Below, piece after piece: positions 61,581 to 64,000 of a DNA stretch of 64,000 bases. The translations under genes and the position numbers were made by a program. Origin of the DNA: Lama guanicoe. Lineage: Eukaryota. The notes beneath the pieces were generated by a model. The model saw only the letters and a list, made by a program, of their open reading frames with translations. It was not told where the DNA came from and did not search any database. The stretch lies in contig MU054323.1 in the NCBI GenBank assembly GCA_013239625.1, forward strand, positions 7,801,220 to 7,865,219, written 5' to 3'. Positions within the stretch are counted from its first letter, which is position 1, and each line of letters starts with the position of its first letter.

Positions 61581-63819
61581 CCCCCCTCAACCCACCCAAC
61601 TGGAGCTAGACTAAGCATTCTGAGGTACCACTCCATTCCAGAGGCTTCCCATTTCAACAGAAATAAATTTGAAAACTCCAGGTTTTGGCCACTGCCCCTT
61701 CTGACCTCTTACCAGCTCTGTTCCATCCTCTGTGGCCATTTTTTCCTTTCGTGCGTATGCTACGACCCTTTTTGGGGGATGAAGATGAGCATAATTTAAA
61801 CCCATGGTGTTTAGAGTGTAGAGAAATAGCATATATGTGAGGAATAACTTTATTATGTTACCAAAAGCACAAAGTTAATAAATTTGGGATCTCTGCCTTA
61901 CAGAGCAGATTAATGTTGTCTCTGGCCTGTTCTAGTGCTGTCATTGCTGAGATTAAAAATACCTGTTATAATAGCAGCCAGAGTACACAGCTTCCCTGAC
62001 CCTGCGTGTGGGACTAACAATTAAGGAAATAAGCTATTTTAGTTCCTGGGAAAATATCACTTCTTCCATTATATGTCAGTTGGGGAAAAAAGGGTTTTAC
62101 AGCATTCTCTCAGCTGGGTATCTGTTATTTTATGTCAGGAAAATTCAGTTGCCATTGGTTTATAATTTCAGAAATGTGATTATGCTTTGTAGACTGAGAA
62201 GAAAAAAAATTTAATAGAAAAGGAAAACCAAGTGAGTGGTTTTGAAAACAGGCTCAAAACCCTGTGTAATATCGTGACATAAAAAGATAATGTGAACATA
62301 TGGAATGTTTAATTGCTCTTCAGATAATTAACACCTGCTTTTGCTTCTTGGTGTCAACCTGCTGTCTTTAGACCTGACTGTATTTGTGTATGCAAACCTA
62401 AAAATGTTTTGAGCATGAATAAGCAGCTTTGACTATTTTTAACCCTGAGCAAAGGGTCACCAGTTAGCCTTAAGGTAGTGAGGCAGGAACTCTGTTTCTG
62501 GTTTGAAATAAATTGTTGACTGCCTTAACAGTTGGTAGGAGCTGGTATGAAGAGGATCAAGGAAAACGATAATTTTAAAAGTTAGCAAGCTTAGGGTGTA
62601 AGAGGTTTTGGAAGATGGAGGAGACAAAAATCAAAGCACAGATGGAGTAGCTTGCCATGATTTTCTTTCTTTTCGGAGGGGTCATTAATATTTCAGTGTC
62701 TTTTATATTAGTATTTCATAACTAACCAGCATTATAATATAAAATTTCCTCTCAAGATGCCATTGTAGTTTCTTTACAGTGTGTTCTTTCTTGGTGGAGA
62801 ATTTAGTCATGGATTTGACACTGGTGTGTATATAATTTACTAATTGTATAATGTGAATGTATGAGGAAGTAGGAAGCATGTAACAGCTAGAAGTGTTGAG
62901 GGTGTTACTCATAGTGGAATGCTGTGGGAGATATTCTCCCTAAATTCTTATTACTTAGGACAGAGGTTGAGATGCAAAATTGAAATGTATCCCTTCTACA
63001 TTATAGCTCTTAGATATTGGAAACCCAGGTCCTGTACATTCTTTGTCTTAGACAAGTGCATTTTTGGCTGGGACTTTAGGTAGGAAACTTTAACCCCTCT
63101 CTAAGGGGATAGAATTATTAGTTGATTTAAACTTCTTTTTACCAATTCAGAAGAGAACTAAACTATGTCTATTGTGATAGGACACATTTTTATGGTTTTT
63201 TTTTCATGAGAGCATATATAATTACACCTTTTTTTAAGGCAACTTGTAACTAAATGGGTAAGATTAATAAAATAAAACAAGATTTTAGAATTGAGAAAAA
63301 TGAAGATGTAAATATACTATCCCTGGAGGACAACTCATTTGCTGTGTCAGTTTGTGAAATTTCCCTATAAATTTCTTGGTGATTGGTGGCCAACACACAA
63401 AAAAAAATGGGGTCAGGGAGGGAAGGCTACCAACAATGTATTGTTAATTCTTTTTAGAAATAATGTAGAGAAAGGTGGAAAGAACAGATCATAACTAATG
63501 CACTGTAAGTTTTCATTAAGCTACTTGTAATGCTTCTAATTAGTTGACAAAACATTAAAGGTAATGGAGATAAAAATTGTGGTCTAAGAACATATATAAG
63601 TACAAATGCATACATATACGTATGTGCGTACGTACGTGTGTGTGTGTGTAGCTTCTGACTGATCTAACCTAATTTAAGTGTACAACATAGAATTGAGACC
63701 GAGTCAATTAGATGGTTTTTGTTAAATGACATTTCTTTTGGCAGTTTTTAGATAGATATTTCATTACCTGCTAACTCTGCTTTTGCACACACACACCCAT
63801 TTTTAACATGGTAGACAGA

Positions 63820-64000
63820 ACAACTTTTCTGAAACGAGGTTATTTCTTTTTGTAAAACCTTCCAATGGACTTCCCATCTCACTCAGAGGAAAAGCTGAGG
63901 TCCTTGCCAAGGCCTATAAAATCCTATACGATTTGCACTCCCTTCCCCATCTCTCTATCTCCTTACTAGTCTGCCTTCACTCATTCCATTCTAGTCACGT
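63820..64000 (+). mobile_element. L2 fragment running off the window end
   Basis: aaaaccttccaatggacttcccatctcactcagagg...gtccttgccaaggcctataa. Confidence 0.75.

Overview
Mammalian genomic DNA, most likely from a camelid, because it carries eight copies of a tRNA-derived Vic-1-like SINE. The window holds the CpG-island promoter, 5'UTR and coding exons 1-2 of RAB10 on the + strand (exon 1 CDS 16142-16268, 40.6-kb intron 1, exon 2 56870-56930). Exon 3 lies beyond the window. The first ~14.7 kb is intergenic, and most non-exonic sequence is transposon-derived: L1, L2, L3/CR1, MIR, MaLR and solo LTRs, hAT and TcMar DNA elements, and a retroposed U1 snRNA pseudogene. I found no evidence for a new gene system. 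The most notable observations are a fragmented but near-complete fossil mariner transposase in intron 1 that the ORF track does not show, an ATG-TAG start-stop element as the only upstream AUG in the inferred RAB10 5'UTR, a solo LTR nested in a camelid SINE, two L1 copies sharing a swapped 3' tail, a thrice-repeated target site, a clean 191-bp inversion inside an L1, and a local 150-bp templated duplication. Repeat family names come from recognition by eye and boundaries are approximate unless a TSD is given.
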